A stretch of DNA of 64,000 bases from a virus: the IMG/VR virus record IMGVR_UViG_3300028569_000030, positions 15,100-79,099 of that record; one strand, 5' to 3'. The first letter of the stretch is position 1. The number at the start of each line of letters is the position of its first letter. The notes beneath the pieces are model-generated. The model saw only the letters and a list, made by a program, of their open reading frames with translations. It had not been told where the DNA came from and searched no databases. This document shows positions 39,401 to 48,065 of the stretch, piece after piece. The position numbers were made by a program, and so were the translations under genes.

Positions 39401-39458
39401 ATGGAACTAATGTGCCTTTATCGGCTAAACTAGTGCATAATCTAACATAATCAGTCAT
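36444..39458 (-). CDS. Primase-helicase: AEP/PrimPol-like N-terminus, PriCT-like region, DnaB-like SF4 helicase, with intein
   Basis: WDFDS, FSGNKG, RILRLP.T.H.KSG; GIRNHAL; GSPGSGK|T, VIVDYLEL, CVKNRSG; start at ATG after GGAGG. Confidence 0.88.
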   Translation of the reverse strand: MTDYVRLCTSLADKGTLVPFNDGDLSDIYNRISLDKEAYVSIYQFNDSHKAIFKDKGSVAGITDVVCKKLVWDFDSEDDLGLAQKDAISLVNRLIDSGFPASSIRIFFSGNKGFDISVEILDQQLTPNQLKNICMSLAEGLTTADPVIYNATRILRLPLTKHQKSGLYKIPLSISELTDFTIDGIMELAKTTFEYSDIKDAWEVVNLPERIVELKNKTPTIVKTMKNKVPLSLDLSEVDWSIKPKFFTPEKYLISLGYFESGIRNHALMILASTLKNQGFNETHTYHFLKAAAELQSKRTGSDKFSKELIYNNIISQVFGPNWLGGTYSTADDPLLKSLSILIPESIKATSSKEVVTINEGFDSFISYAEDIDKNTLKFGIPQLDEKLQVQVGRLYGILGSPGSGKCHGKGTKILMFDGTIKNVEDVCVGDLLMGDDSSPRTVLSLARGRETLYKINQKNGDDYVINESHILSLKGSSATKDQYKYGQVFDIPLLEYLNKGVDFKKRVKGYKVPVEFSKKHLEIDPYILGVWIGDGTTSKPQFTIAKQDVELIEDIQGWADSKNLKANLKQYESGSDKVYTISITGENNIFRTFLKQKNLMNGKYIPNEYLTSNREDRLKLLAGLLDTDGYYDHKKGTYEFSQSNEKTTDQVLFLIRSLGFKATKSREMKHYKSFTRGKWYEGYSEAFRLYISGDNLNDIPNRVSRKKALAQDRQRYQDLTEIEVEKLEVGDYFGFELDGNHRYLLGDFTVTHNTSTAITMINNTSKMGEHSMFFSYDMSQFDVYQKLIQRHTRLNRNSLYEFFKNRDEQKKDQFRTILKDNYQKCSFVFKTGQTIEEIKNTIIEREKMLGVNIRLVIVDYLELVQSRFSDPTQSSMEAIQGLREIAINLNKAVVVMLQPSKALGSIDEPITSYNAAKGSSSIAQALTAMLTVHRPGYSSRTPENDRYFSIDCVKNRSGALFSCDLAWDGLTGTIRPLEAIEASELKDLRDSKNRAKMEDDSSF
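37197..38240 (-). mobile_element. Intein (348 aa) with LAGLIDADG endonuclease in helicase Walker A
   Basis: GSGK|CHGKGTKILMFDG...NESHIL...LGVWIGDG...LAGLLDTDG...VTHN|TST. Confidence 0.93.
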
Positions 39459-39535
39459 CACATCATCCTCCAAAATAAAGGCAGGATTGAAAATCAATCC
39501 TGCTGTAGAGATTCTAGAATTAGTAAAGGGGATTA

Positions 39536-39832
39536 CTAATCTTGATTGATAGATACGTTTAGTTCGTACTTGACATAAGAGGGGAGCTTCTCAAGTCTTT
39601 CCTGGGCAGCATCTTCTGTGATGTAGCCTTTTTCCGCTAAACGCTTAATCGACTCTCTTGGGTCATCTAAATTAAGAAACTGTGTTGTTACTTTTCTAGT
39701 TCCACTTTTATCTTTTACTACAAATTCTACTGGCTCACTAAGTTTAATATAAAATTGCTTATCATTATCTTTTCTTTTTAGAACAGATCCGATTTGTCTA
39801 GTAATTGTTTTCTTTTTTGTAATCTCACTCAT
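39536..39832 (-). CDS. Hypothetical protein (possible ssDNA-binding)
   Basis: Beta-rich basic protein between ERF and primase-helicase. Confidence 0.45.
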   Translation of the reverse strand: MSEITKKKTITRQIGSVLKRKDNDKQFYIKLSEPVEFVVKDKSGTRKVTTQFLNLDDPRESIKRLAEKGYITEDAAQERLEKLPSYVKYELNVSINQD

Positions 39833-40157
39833 TTGCGCTCTCCTTGTTTTGGGCTTCTGAATCAGAAGCTTTTAGTAATGATATTATTGTATCTAGTGCT
39901 ACTATTTCTGTGTAGGTCTGCATATATACCATTCCTGCCGCAACAGCTAGTTTTTCATCTTCTTTTTCAATAAGCTCAGAAGTTGGAAATGGATAATCTA
40001 AAACAGCTCTAATTACTCTATCTTTTCTTCCGTCCATTTTAATCTTCTTTAGCAGATTAACGTAGTTCTTGCTAGACTCATCGCTAACCTTTTTTAATTT
40101 TGCATAGGAATCATATAGCTTATCTAACTCTTCTTTGGTATTGTTAGTTTGTTCCAT
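39825..40157 (-). CDS. Hypothetical protein
   Basis: Packed ORF. Confidence 0.55.
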   Translation of the reverse strand: MEQTNNTKEELDKLYDSYAKLKKVSDESSKNYVNLLKKIKMDGRKDRVIRAVLDYPFPTSELIEKEDEKLAVAAGMVYMQTYTEIVALDTIISLLKASDSEAQNKESANE

Positions 40158-40673
40158 TTAAAAATCCTCTTCTTTACTAGCCACAACTACTGCCGGTCTT
40201 CTAAAAGAAGAGGACGCCGGAGCTTTTGCTGCTGGTTGGTCTTGTTTTGTAGCTGTTACTTTTTCTGGAATTGTATTTCTCCCTACTGCCGTTTCTCCAT
40301 CATTATCAGTATCACCTAGGTTAACAAGGGCTTGTAGTCCATATCTTCTAGCATATGTAATACCTCCACCTTGCTGCTGAGCATCGTTTTCTTTTGCAGT
40401 TAGTATCTCAGTTAGGCTAGAAATAAACTCTCCAGATTCGTGTAATAATAGAGTTTGTACGTATTTTTTCCCATCAACTACAACTGTTGGTTGAACAGCA
40501 GATATTCCGTATTTATTTAGAGCAGGAAGACACGCTTCTCTAACTGAATTTAGATTAGCGTACGTATTTTTAAAAAATGGATTCCTAGCATCCTTTACTG
40601 CGTTACTCATTTCTGATTGCGCTTTTACTAGGGCTGAGGCTACTTTAGCAATAGTATCACTTGTTAATTTCAT
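40158..40673 (-). CDS. erf: ERF-family ssDNA annealing protein
   Basis: AL.KAQ......KDARNPFFK..YA.L, LLHESGE, Q..G..ITYARRY.L....D.DG. Confidence 0.9.
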   Translation of the reverse strand: MKLTSDTIAKVASALVKAQSEMSNAVKDARNPFFKNTYANLNSVREACLPALNKYGISAVQPTVVVDGKKYVQTLLLHESGEFISSLTEILTAKENDAQQQGGGITYARRYGLQALVNLGDTDNDGETAVGRNTIPEKVTATKQDQPAAKAPASSSFRRPAVVVASKEEDF

Positions 40674-41155
40674 ACAATCTCCTTATTAAGTTTAGAAGCA
40701 ATTTCTAGTAGTCCTTTGAGTGCTTCATTTTGAGCTTTATTTGCATCTAAATTAACGACATTAAAAGATACCTTACTTAGTGTAGTAAGCTTTCCATTAA
40801 TAAGATCAAATAACTCTAATTTTCCAACTACAATAAAGCTATCGTCTTTTTGTGGAAATGGTTGAGAGATTGCAAAATCATAACCAACTCCCTTTTTAGA
40901 TAAACTAGATAGTATACTGTTGTCTAGTAGTTTAGTTATTTCTGAAACAGAAGTGTCTATTGCCTTTTGGATATCGTCATTTATTCCTCCAACTAGCAAT
41001 TTAATCTTTGGAAGAAGTTTTCCTTCTGAGTCTAATGCCAATCCCTCTAATTTAAACTGGACTAAAAACTCTCCGCTAACCAGTTCTTGAGGAGAACTCA
41101 TTGCTAGATCTGCTCTAAGTTCTAAAGATTTTAATCTGTCTAAAATACTAATCAT
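40670..41155 (-). CDS. Hypothetical protein
   Basis: Packed ORF. Confidence 0.55.
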   Translation of the reverse strand: MISILDRLKSLELRADLAMSSPQELVSGEFLVQFKLEGLALDSEGKLLPKIKLLVGGINDDIQKAIDTSVSEITKLLDNSILSSLSKKGVGYDFAISQPFPQKDDSFIVVGKLELFDLINGKLTTLSKVSFNVVNLDANKAQNEALKGLLEIASKLNKEIV

Positions 41156-41484
41156 GTTAAACTCCTAAGTTGATCAATCACTGATTGACCTAATGTTGTT
41201 TCTAATGCAAGTCTTGCCATATGCCCTAATCTTCCTTTGTTTTCTACTTTAACTACCTTAGCTGCCAAAGTCTCGGGATTATATTTTATCTCTACGTAAC
41301 TATGTTGCAAGTCTTTATCGATATAAAGAGCTACTCCAATGTGAGTTAAATCGTTTTCACTGGGATTATTTTGCTTCGCTGTGTTTTTAGCTTCGAGCAA
41401 TTCCATTTTCATATCCTGAATTAATTTAATTAACTCAGCTTTTGTAGCACTTTCAAAATTAGCAACTTTTGATACAATACTCAT
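41152..41484 (-). CDS. Hypothetical protein
   Basis: Packed ORF. Confidence 0.55.
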   Translation of the reverse strand: MSIVSKVANFESATKAELIKLIQDMKMELLEAKNTAKQNNPSENDLTHIGVALYIDKDLQHSYVEIKYNPETLAAKVVKVENKGRLGHMARLALETTLGQSVIDQLRSLT

Positions 41485-42482
41485 TTGCGTTCTCCTAGTT
41501 TAACTAAACCATCCATAGATCCTTCTTTACATATTCCGAAGAAGGGGCATTTCTTACCAAAGAAATTATAGCATTTTTTATGGTTCTTTTCAAAAATACC
41601 TTTTTTTATTATATCTAAGTCTCTTTGATAGTCAAGGAATATTTTTTCCATTAATTCATTAGTAAGCTTACCTTTTAGTATTTGAGTCCTAACTCTAGGT
41701 TCATTTTTTCTTATCTTTTTTTCTAATACCAAATAAGCAACGTATGGATTTTGTTTATATTCTGAGTATGTAGCTAATTGTTTTGAGTTGTAAAGATCAG
41801 ATTCTTTATATGGAGTTGAGCTTGTTTTATTGTCGCATATATAAATAATATCGTCGTCTTTAAATTTAATAATAGCGTCTATAACTCCAACTAAAATATC
41901 ACCACTATCATTTACCAGCTCAACTTTTTCTTGGACACTTACCACATAATCTATTGTTGGAAGTATGTCTTCTCTGTATGCAGATAATAACATTAGTCCT
42001 TTTCTGTATAAACACATCCAGCCTATTTTAGAAAATAACCTAATTTCATTTTCTTCTAACTCGCCTTTGTAATAGTGGCAAGATTGAACGAAATCACCTA
42101 TTTCTGAGGATATTTCTTTTGAAAGTTCGGCTATATCATCCTCAGTCAATAAATCTAGATCAAAATCACCTTTTGAATAAGTTATAAGAGTTAGTCCCTT
42201 TCCTTCGTGTTTTACGTCATTTATTTCTATAGTAGACATTGATTCTAAAAATACTTGTTCTGGTGTTTTGTTTGTGAGAATTGGCGATAAGAGCTTTTCT
42301 TCTAGCATAGTGTTGAGAGCATTATCTATTGCTGATCCGAATATTAAAGCAGATCCAGTAGTTTCTGGGCGTATTCTATCTACATATTGGAATTTGTAAT
42401 ATTGTTGACAGTCGGATAGTGCGTTTGTAGAACTATTTGAAACTCTAATTGGAGCTTTCTTAGTATCTCCAGGATTTTGCAT
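41481..42482 (-). CDS. PD-(D/E)XK exonuclease (RecB/AddB/Cas4-like)
   Basis: S.S......C..Y, GVID, DNKT, QL..Y, C-terminal C...CPF..IC. Confidence 0.85.
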   Translation of the reverse strand: MQNPGDTKKAPIRVSNSSTNALSDCQQYYKFQYVDRIRPETTGSALIFGSAIDNALNTMLEEKLLSPILTNKTPEQVFLESMSTIEINDVKHEGKGLTLITYSKGDFDLDLLTEDDIAELSKEISSEIGDFVQSCHYYKGELEENEIRLFSKIGWMCLYRKGLMLLSAYREDILPTIDYVVSVQEKVELVNDSGDILVGVIDAIIKFKDDDIIYICDNKTSSTPYKESDLYNSKQLATYSEYKQNPYVAYLVLEKKIRKNEPRVRTQILKGKLTNELMEKIFLDYQRDLDIIKKGIFEKNHKKCYNFFGKKCPFFGICKEGSMDGLVKLGERK

Positions 42483-42774
42483 AGATGGTTCCTAATTGTT
42501 TATACCACTGTCTTTCTTCTTCAACTGAAATAGTTCTATGTACTTTCTTTTTTGGAAACTTTACTCGATTTTCTTCTTCATTTATAAAAACTATTCTTTC
42601 AGTGTACTCGTCTTTATCGTACACTACTTCTCCTATTTCCACAACAGAAAGTGGATCAACTCCCTTAAAAAAAGTTCTAGAAACTTTAAACAGCTCTTTA
42701 AATTCTGCTATAGTGCCTTTTTCCAAGTTATCGAATATTAGTACTAGCTCAGCATGTGTGCGTTTCTTTATCAC
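42460..42774 (-). CDS. Hypothetical protein
   Basis: Packed ORF. Confidence 0.5.
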   Translation of the reverse strand: MIKKRTHAELVLIFDNLEKGTIAEFKELFKVSRTFFKGVDPLSVVEIGEVVYDKDEYTERIVFINEEENRVKFPKKKVHRTISVEEERQWYKQLGTIYAKSWRY

Positions 42775-42775
42775 G

Positions 42776-42928
42776 TTATTTCCTTAATTTAGACATTACA
42801 ATTTTAACAAAGCAAGCAAACCCCAAGCCAAAGAACAAAGTTGCATAATATGGATTTTGATAATAGTTAGCTATCCAACCAGCAATTAAAAATACCCAAG
42901 CAAATATCCTAACTTTAAATAGTTCCAT
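42776..42928 (-). CDS. Small two-TM membrane protein (50 aa, not in ORF track)
   Basis: MELFKVRIFAWVFLIAGWIANYYQNPYYATLFFGLGFACFVKIVMSKLRK fills the gap with TAATG overlap. Confidence 0.55.
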   Translation of the reverse strand: MELFKVRIFAWVFLIAGWIANYYQNPYYATLFFGLGFACFVKIVMSKLRK

Positions 42929-43146
42929 TAGTTTCTTCCTTTAGCTGGAGAGCATACAACAGCATATTCTCTATCTGCCCTTTTATAGAACGTACTTAAA
43001 CAAGGAGTATCTGTGTATCTAGGATCTGTTGAGCAGACTTTAGCCGCTCTTTTTAGGATTACTTCGTCTTGATGTGTCCATGGAACAGATGATTGGTCAA
43101 TTATTTTAACTTTAGCGCATGTTATAAACAGGATAAAAGTTATCAT
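42928..43146 (-). CDS. Small Cys-containing, possibly exported protein
   Basis: Hydrophobic N-terminus, 4 Cys. Confidence 0.5.
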   Translation of the reverse strand: MITFILFITCAKVKIIDQSSVPWTHQDEVILKRAAKVCSTDPRYTDTPCLSTFYKRADREYAVVCSPAKGRN

Positions 43147-43760
43147 ATTTTAATCTCCATAAGTTTTGCTCTAAGATCCTCTAAAGATCCGTTGTTGTCG
43201 ATAACTACGTCTGCTAGTTCTTTTAGAGCAGTTACTCCAGTCTCGGACACGTGACTATCAGAAAATCCAGTATCTCTTTCTATATAGACGACTACAGAGT
43301 CATTTTTAAAGAAATCAACTTCATTTTTAAAGCGACAATCGGAAATAATAGCTGGAAACTCTTTACTATTTTTTAAAAATTTACAATGTACGTCTGGATC
43401 AAAGTTTCTTAGAACCTCAGTCCCTAGGAACTGCAGCATTTCTCTTATGTTCTTAACATCTGTATGAACCACTCGACTTGCAATAGCTTCTGTATATGGA
43501 GAAAATTCTTCTACTCTATACCCAAACAAGGTAAATATTGCATCTATGTGTGGTTTTTTAAACCTAATAGGAAATCTAAATGGTTTTTCTTTGTATTCCT
43601 GGTCATTAAAATGAATGAGCGGTATTGAGGTAGTTAGTGCACATGCTCTCTTTAGCGCGTCAGCTAAAGCCACTTGTTTTAATCCGGTAATCTCACACAG
43701 TATGTCAGAAGCAGTTGTTTTACCACTACCCTTCTGTCCGCATATTAAGATTGTTTTCAT
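43143..43760 (-). CDS. Deoxynucleoside monophosphate kinase
   Basis: GQKGSGKTT, ADALK, REMLQFLGTEVLR, ISDCRFKNE, HVSE, IDNNGSLEDL. Confidence 0.9.
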   Translation of the reverse strand: MKTILICGQKGSGKTTASDILCEITGLKQVALADALKRACALTTSIPLIHFNDQEYKEKPFRFPIRFKKPHIDAIFTLFGYRVEEFSPYTEAIASRVVHTDVKNIREMLQFLGTEVLRNFDPDVHCKFLKNSKEFPAIISDCRFKNEVDFFKNDSVVVYIERDTGFSDSHVSETGVTALKELADVVIDNNGSLEDLRAKLMEIKI

Positions 43761-43768
43761 ATTGTCCT

Positions 43769-44122
43769 TTATGGAAATCTATAGGATAGAGAAGCTCCGA
43801 CTTGGAAAGACTCTTTTCTTATATTGTATAGCATAATTGGTCTGATTTCAAGTTTAGTGCTATCTGTATATTTTTTATACTTAATGCCCTTAAATGTTGA
43901 TATATCTAGTTTTCCAGTAACTACTGGCAGTATTCCTAATAGATAGGTTTCCGTTTTTAGATCGAGGCCTAAATTAATCCTAATCTCTTTTCTTAGGGAA
44001 TTCTTAAAGTCTCTGTATCCTTGGTAATGGCTACCGGCTTCGTCTACTTTTTTTATTATATTTTCTTGTGTTTTAGTCCACGCTATTGTTGACAGGCATG
44101 TAAATATAAACCACTTTATCAT
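43769..44122 (-). CDS. Exported protein with outer-membrane beta-strand-like C-terminus
   Basis: Signal-like N-terminus; ends QVGASLSYRFP. Confidence 0.45.
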   Translation of the reverse strand: MIKWFIFTCLSTIAWTKTQENIIKKVDEAGSHYQGYRDFKNSLRKEIRINLGLDLKTETYLLGILPVVTGKLDISTFKGIKYKKYTDSTKLEIRPIMLYNIRKESFQVGASLSYRFP

Positions 44123-44367
44123 TATTTTAAAGTCAGTATTACTTTAGACTCTATAATACCCCCTCCGGCTTTATAGTCTCTTTTATATGATATGGCTTTT
44201 ACCTTTTCTAGTTTTCTAAGAGATTTTCCCACTCTGCTTGTATCACTTCGTAGAATACTTGAAAGTTCCTGTTGGGTATAGGATAGCTTTCCTTTATTTT
44301 GTTGAGCCAATAAGAGAATCCTAAGTTCTAACGCTGTAAATATACAAATAGCTTCGTCCACTAACAT
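44122..44367 (-). CDS. Winged HTH DNA-binding protein
   Basis: TQQELSSIL..DTSRV.KSLRKLEK..AI. Confidence 0.7.
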   Translation of the reverse strand: MLVDEAICIFTALELRILLLAQQNKGKLSYTQQELSSILRSDTSRVGKSLRKLEKVKAISYKRDYKAGGGIIESKVILTLK

Positions 44368-44376
44368 AAGATACTC

Positions 44377-44835
44377 CTATTTTTTAAACATCTCGTCTAC
44401 ATACTCATACCAGTGATCTTCTAAGCATTTAGGAGATAGGATTTGATAGTGCATAAAGCTAGCTGGACATCCGTCTTCTAGTACTGTAGTGGTATGCTCT
44501 CTGTCATATAAGCAATGAAGACTTTCGTGGAAAATAAGGTTACTTTTTTCTACTTCGTCTAAATATGACCAAACCTTCCTATCTATTTTTATTAGTCTCT
44601 TAGTTACTACTTTAGATATGTTATTTACGTATCTAGTACATTCTCCTGCTACTCCAGGAGAAAGATCTGCAAACTTAATAACTACGTGCTTATCAGCATA
44701 AGAACATTTGCATAACTTACTAAACTCTAAAGCATGTGGAACAAACTCACTAGCAATATCAGTAGATACTGGAACCATAGTCAGTGCTATTACCGATAGT
44801 AAAAATATAGAATAAATCATAATGCGTTTTCTCAT
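44377..44835 (-). CDS. Exported zinc metallopeptidase (metzincin-like)
   Basis: Signal/TM, FHESLHC...REH, CPASFM Met-turn-like. Confidence 0.7.
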   Translation of the reverse strand: MRKRIMIYSIFLLSVIALTMVPVSTDIASEFVPHALEFSKLCKCSYADKHVVIKFADLSPGVAGECTRYVNNISKVVTKRLIKIDRKVWSYLDEVEKSNLIFHESLHCLYDREHTTTVLEDGCPASFMHYQILSPKCLEDHWYEYVDEMFKK

Positions 44836-45287
44836 TTCTTTTTGCCTTTTTTCACTACCTTAGGTGGCATATCTTGCGTAATAGTGTGTTTGTATATGTA
44901 AGATTCTGTTGGAGGATGTGGAATGTAGTTGGCATCATAGTATGTCCTATAGTCATATGATTCTCCACAAAGCTTAGCTTTTAGTTTTTGAAGGTCTGAC
45001 ATTTTACGTTCAAGTTCTCCAATTGGAAACTCTTCTTTAACAATATCTACACCGAATTGTTCATAAAAACGAAGTACTCCTCCTGTAGTACTATAATCAG
45101 CATATTTCATTGTGTTTTTATATGTTTCTATATATGGTCGTTTTTTTTCTATTAAGTCTTGTAGTTGTTGCCTCCTTAGGTCGTCTATATAACCTTGGAT
45201 AGACTGTACGTCTAGCTTTAGGGAGTAAAATCTCCAACATTGTATTAGAAATACTGCTGTTATAAGGATGTATGTTATTATTTCCAT
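44832..45287 (-). CDS. Membrane-anchored hypothetical protein
   Basis: N-terminal TM. Confidence 0.5.
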   Translation of the reverse strand: MEIITYILITAVFLIQCWRFYSLKLDVQSIQGYIDDLRRQQLQDLIEKKRPYIETYKNTMKYADYSTTGGVLRFYEQFGVDIVKEEFPIGELERKMSDLQKLKAKLCGESYDYRTYYDANYIPHPPTESYIYKHTITQDMPPKVVKKGKKK

Positions 45288-45297
45288 GGTGCTCCTT

Positions 45298-46338
45298 TTA
45301 TTTTAAGACATTTCCTATTGGTCTTATGTAATTCATTATATACTTATCATGTCTTCCAAGTAAATAGGGAAATATTGCATCTGAGTGAACTATTCCAGTA
45401 TTTTTACTTACGAGGAATATTCCAATAGCTTTTTTCCCTTCAGGAGTAAGTTCTGTAGTGGGTAAGATCTTTAAATCATTTTGTATTTCTGAAATTACTT
45501 TTTGATAGCTATGTTCTAGGGATTTTTTAATAGGCTCCCATTCATTTCTGAATTCCTCCGGTATTTGACACAAGTACTGGCTCTCAACTATACCAGACTT
45601 CATGCATTCCCACAAAGAAAGTGGACTAAGGTGGGATAATAGCTTAGCAATTTTCAAATACTCATCGCCTTTTATTTTGATCCTAAGTCCTGATTCAAAT
45701 CTAACTACCCACCCCTCTTTGTCTTTTGGTATAGTTTTTTTTAACTTTACACAGTCTTCAATTGTCCCACCGTAAGAATGGGCAATTGGAAAACAAGTAG
45801 CAACTTCTAGTGGGTGCATATCCCTATAGTGGATATCAATTGCGCCAAGTAGTACTAGCTCTTCTTTGTTTTCGTAATTTACAATAATTTTATTACTGGG
45901 ATAAATAATCTCAACTAAGTAAGTAGTTCCAGGAGTTAAAATGCTAGTATTGTATTTTTTTAAAAGTTCTGCACCTTTGATTGCTTGATCTGACGTAAAA
46001 GCTCCTCTAGTAGCAACATTCCATTTATTATTGTAATAATAGACTATTCCCAAAGATCCATCCATTTTTTCCCACACGGAGTATAACTCATCAGGCAAAT
46101 TATCCAAGGTAACATTTTCCATTTCTCCAAGATTAAAAAACTTGGGAAACGGTCTAGCAATAATCTCCCCAGTATCTTTTTCAAAGATAATACCTCGAGA
46201 TCTTATAGTATATTCATCCCACGCTCTTTCAAACGTGCATTTGTCTGTGTAGTTATATAGAATAAGACCGTCTTTCTCTACTGATCTAAGCAAGCCTAGT
46301 TTTACTCTATCATTGTATGGAACTAGTGATGGGTGCAT
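45298..46338 (-). CDS. RNA ligase 1 (T4 Rnl1-like)
   Basis: SRGIIF, RPFPKFFN, EKMDGSLG, TRGAF.S.QA, EGWVV, KIKG.EY. Confidence 0.92.
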   Translation of the reverse strand: MHPSLVPYNDRVKLGLLRSVEKDGLILYNYTDKCTFERAWDEYTIRSRGIIFEKDTGEIIARPFPKFFNLGEMENVTLDNLPDELYSVWEKMDGSLGIVYYYNNKWNVATRGAFTSDQAIKGAELLKKYNTSILTPGTTYLVEIIYPSNKIIVNYENKEELVLLGAIDIHYRDMHPLEVATCFPIAHSYGGTIEDCVKLKKTIPKDKEGWVVRFESGLRIKIKGDEYLKIAKLLSHLSPLSLWECMKSGIVESQYLCQIPEEFRNEWEPIKKSLEHSYQKVISEIQNDLKILPTTELTPEGKKAIGIFLVSKNTGIVHSDAIFPYLLGRHDKYIMNYIRPIGNVLK

Positions 46339-46722
46339 TTAGACCTGCTTATTTTGTAAATTTTTATTTAAGCTTTCTATTTTATTTAAATAATCTATTT
46401 GGTTATTTTTTTGTACTTCTAATTCTTTTGCTTTAATTTCTAAAGCAGCTCTAATTGCCTCTTCATTAATATTTTTTATTTCATCTCTTTTATATAGTCC
46501 CGGAAATGCACAAAAATCATCACAGCTTACATCAGCAAATGTAAGTCTTCCCCAGCCGGCAATACAACGATCTCCAGTGCATGATGATCCATCTGAAAAT
46601 ACATAATTTGTAATATATGCATCATTTAAAAGTTGCTTCATTTCTTCAATTGAAACGGCATTAACTTTTTCAAAGGTATGGTTCTCGAACATAATCCAAG
46701 CAGTAAATTTAATAGCTTTCAT
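46339..46722 (-). CDS. Hypothetical protein
   Basis: Between PNK and RNA ligase. Confidence 0.5.
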   Translation of the reverse strand: MKAIKFTAWIMFENHTFEKVNAVSIEEMKQLLNDAYITNYVFSDGSSCTGDRCIAGWGRLTFADVSCDDFCAFPGLYKRDEIKNINEEAIRAALEIKAKELEVQKNNQIDYLNKIESLNKNLQNKQV

Positions 46723-47586
46723 TTAAAAGTCTCCTGGGGCACATTGAAGGCAGACAATACCTCGCCTTCTCCATAGGTCAACCACTTGTTTACGGTCGTC
46801 TACAGCGAATAAGACATCATATCTCGTATGAATTTCAAAATCAAGTAAAATTTCTTTGATTATATAATCTTGTCTAAAATCATTACTAGATCTCATAAAT
46901 AAATCAGCATGTTTTCTATTAACATGGTGTTGTAGCCATGATTTAGTCTGAGGCATATGGCTATCGGGCCTTCCAGAACAGAAAACAATATTCCACGGCA
47001 TGTTATTAACTAGTTCTAAGCACCATAGATTAGGTACATCTGATACTAGTTCATCTAAAAAGCTTTTCCAATTCTTTTTTCCTTCTGTTCTTATGTGGTG
47101 TAGTCTATGATCAATGTTACATAAAGTCCCATCTAAATCCACTATGATACATCCTTGCTTCTCTATATTATTGTTGTAATATTCAAAATCAGTATCACCC
47201 TCGTCTTCGGTAGGACGTTCAAATTTACTAAAAAAAGTACGTAGTGCAGCTTTAGCGGAGATTTCATCTTTTATAGTAGGATGGTTCTCTCGTTTTAAGC
47301 ACCTTTCTAAGCATATATCATATGGAACAAACAAAGTTTTTACTACAATCTCATATCCTGCTTCTTTTGCTGGCACGATGTATCTAGCTCTTTGTTCTTT
47401 GTTAAAATTCATCCTATCCACGACTATATCTAAACCTTTTGATAGAGCTTCTGCAAAAATAAGCTTATGACCTTCTTTACCTTGATCATCTTGACTAACA
47501 CGCACAAATCCTTCACAGTTGGAAGCTAATTGGCTTTTTCCTGAGCCAGGAGGTCCTACTAAAACTGTAAGCCTTCTATTTGACAT
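46723..47586 (-). CDS. pseT: Polynucleotide 5'-kinase / 3'-phosphatase (T4 PseT-like)
   Basis: GPPGSGKS kinase plus HAD DLDGT, SGR, MR...D.R.D...K, DDR..VV..WR. Confidence 0.92.
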   Translation of the reverse strand: MSNRRLTVLVGPPGSGKSQLASNCEGFVRVSQDDQGKEGHKLIFAEALSKGLDIVVDRMNFNKEQRARYIVPAKEAGYEIVVKTLFVPYDICLERCLKRENHPTIKDEISAKAALRTFFSKFERPTEDEGDTDFEYYNNNIEKQGCIIVDLDGTLCNIDHRLHHIRTEGKKNWKSFLDELVSDVPNLWCLELVNNMPWNIVFCSGRPDSHMPQTKSWLQHHVNRKHADLFMRSSNDFRQDYIIKEILLDFEIHTRYDVLFAVDDRKQVVDLWRRRGIVCLQCAPGDF

Positions 47587-47688
47587 TTAAGACCTCTTTT
47601 TTATAAAGGGATACATACTTTCTCCATTGGCATATTTACACCATGCGTTGTTGCATGGAGTTGTGTAAAATGGACATTTATTAGGCAT
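47587..47688 (-). CDS. Small Cys-rich peptide (33 aa, not in ORF track)
   Basis: MPNKCPFYTTPCNNAWCKY... fills the gap exactly, abutting both neighbours. Confidence 0.4.
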   Translation of the reverse strand: MPNKCPFYTTPCNNAWCKYANGESMYPFIKKRS

Positions 47689-48053
47689 TATTCCAACGTA
47701 TTTTTATATATTCTATGTATTCTTGCTAAAAATTGTCCTTTACATAAGTTTGATTTTAAAAAATTACATTCAGTACAGCAAACGGCACAGTTTTTTTTTA
47801 AATAGCCCTTGGTATTATCTAATCTATCTAAATAATAACCATTTGCTTTTTTACCATGCGGTATCCACGGAATTGAGTCTCCACAATAAGAACAATCTTT
47901 TTCTTCAGTAAAAATTAAATAATCTTTATAAGTAATATCGCATTCTAAATTCTTTAATCTAACCGATCTTAATAATCTATTATAATTTCTTTTATATGGA
48001 GTTTTAAAATGTCTAGCATTTAATTTTTTAGACCAATCATTATTATATTCCAC
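47688..48053 (-). CDS. HNH homing endonuclease
   Basis: CSYCG, NGYYLDRLDN.KGY...N...CC..CN..K; adjacent to nrdJ. Confidence 0.8.
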   Translation of the reverse strand: MEYNNDWSKKLNARHFKTPYKRNYNRLLRSVRLKNLECDITYKDYLIFTEEKDCSYCGDSIPWIPHGKKANGYYLDRLDNTKGYLKKNCAVCCTECNFLKSNLCKGQFLARIHRIYKNTLE

Positions 48054-48065
48054 AAACTCCTCCTA

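Noticed and set aside
41481-42482. Cas4 as sign of a CRISPR system
   Set aside because: No array or other cas genes; sits near ERF as a recombination exonuclease
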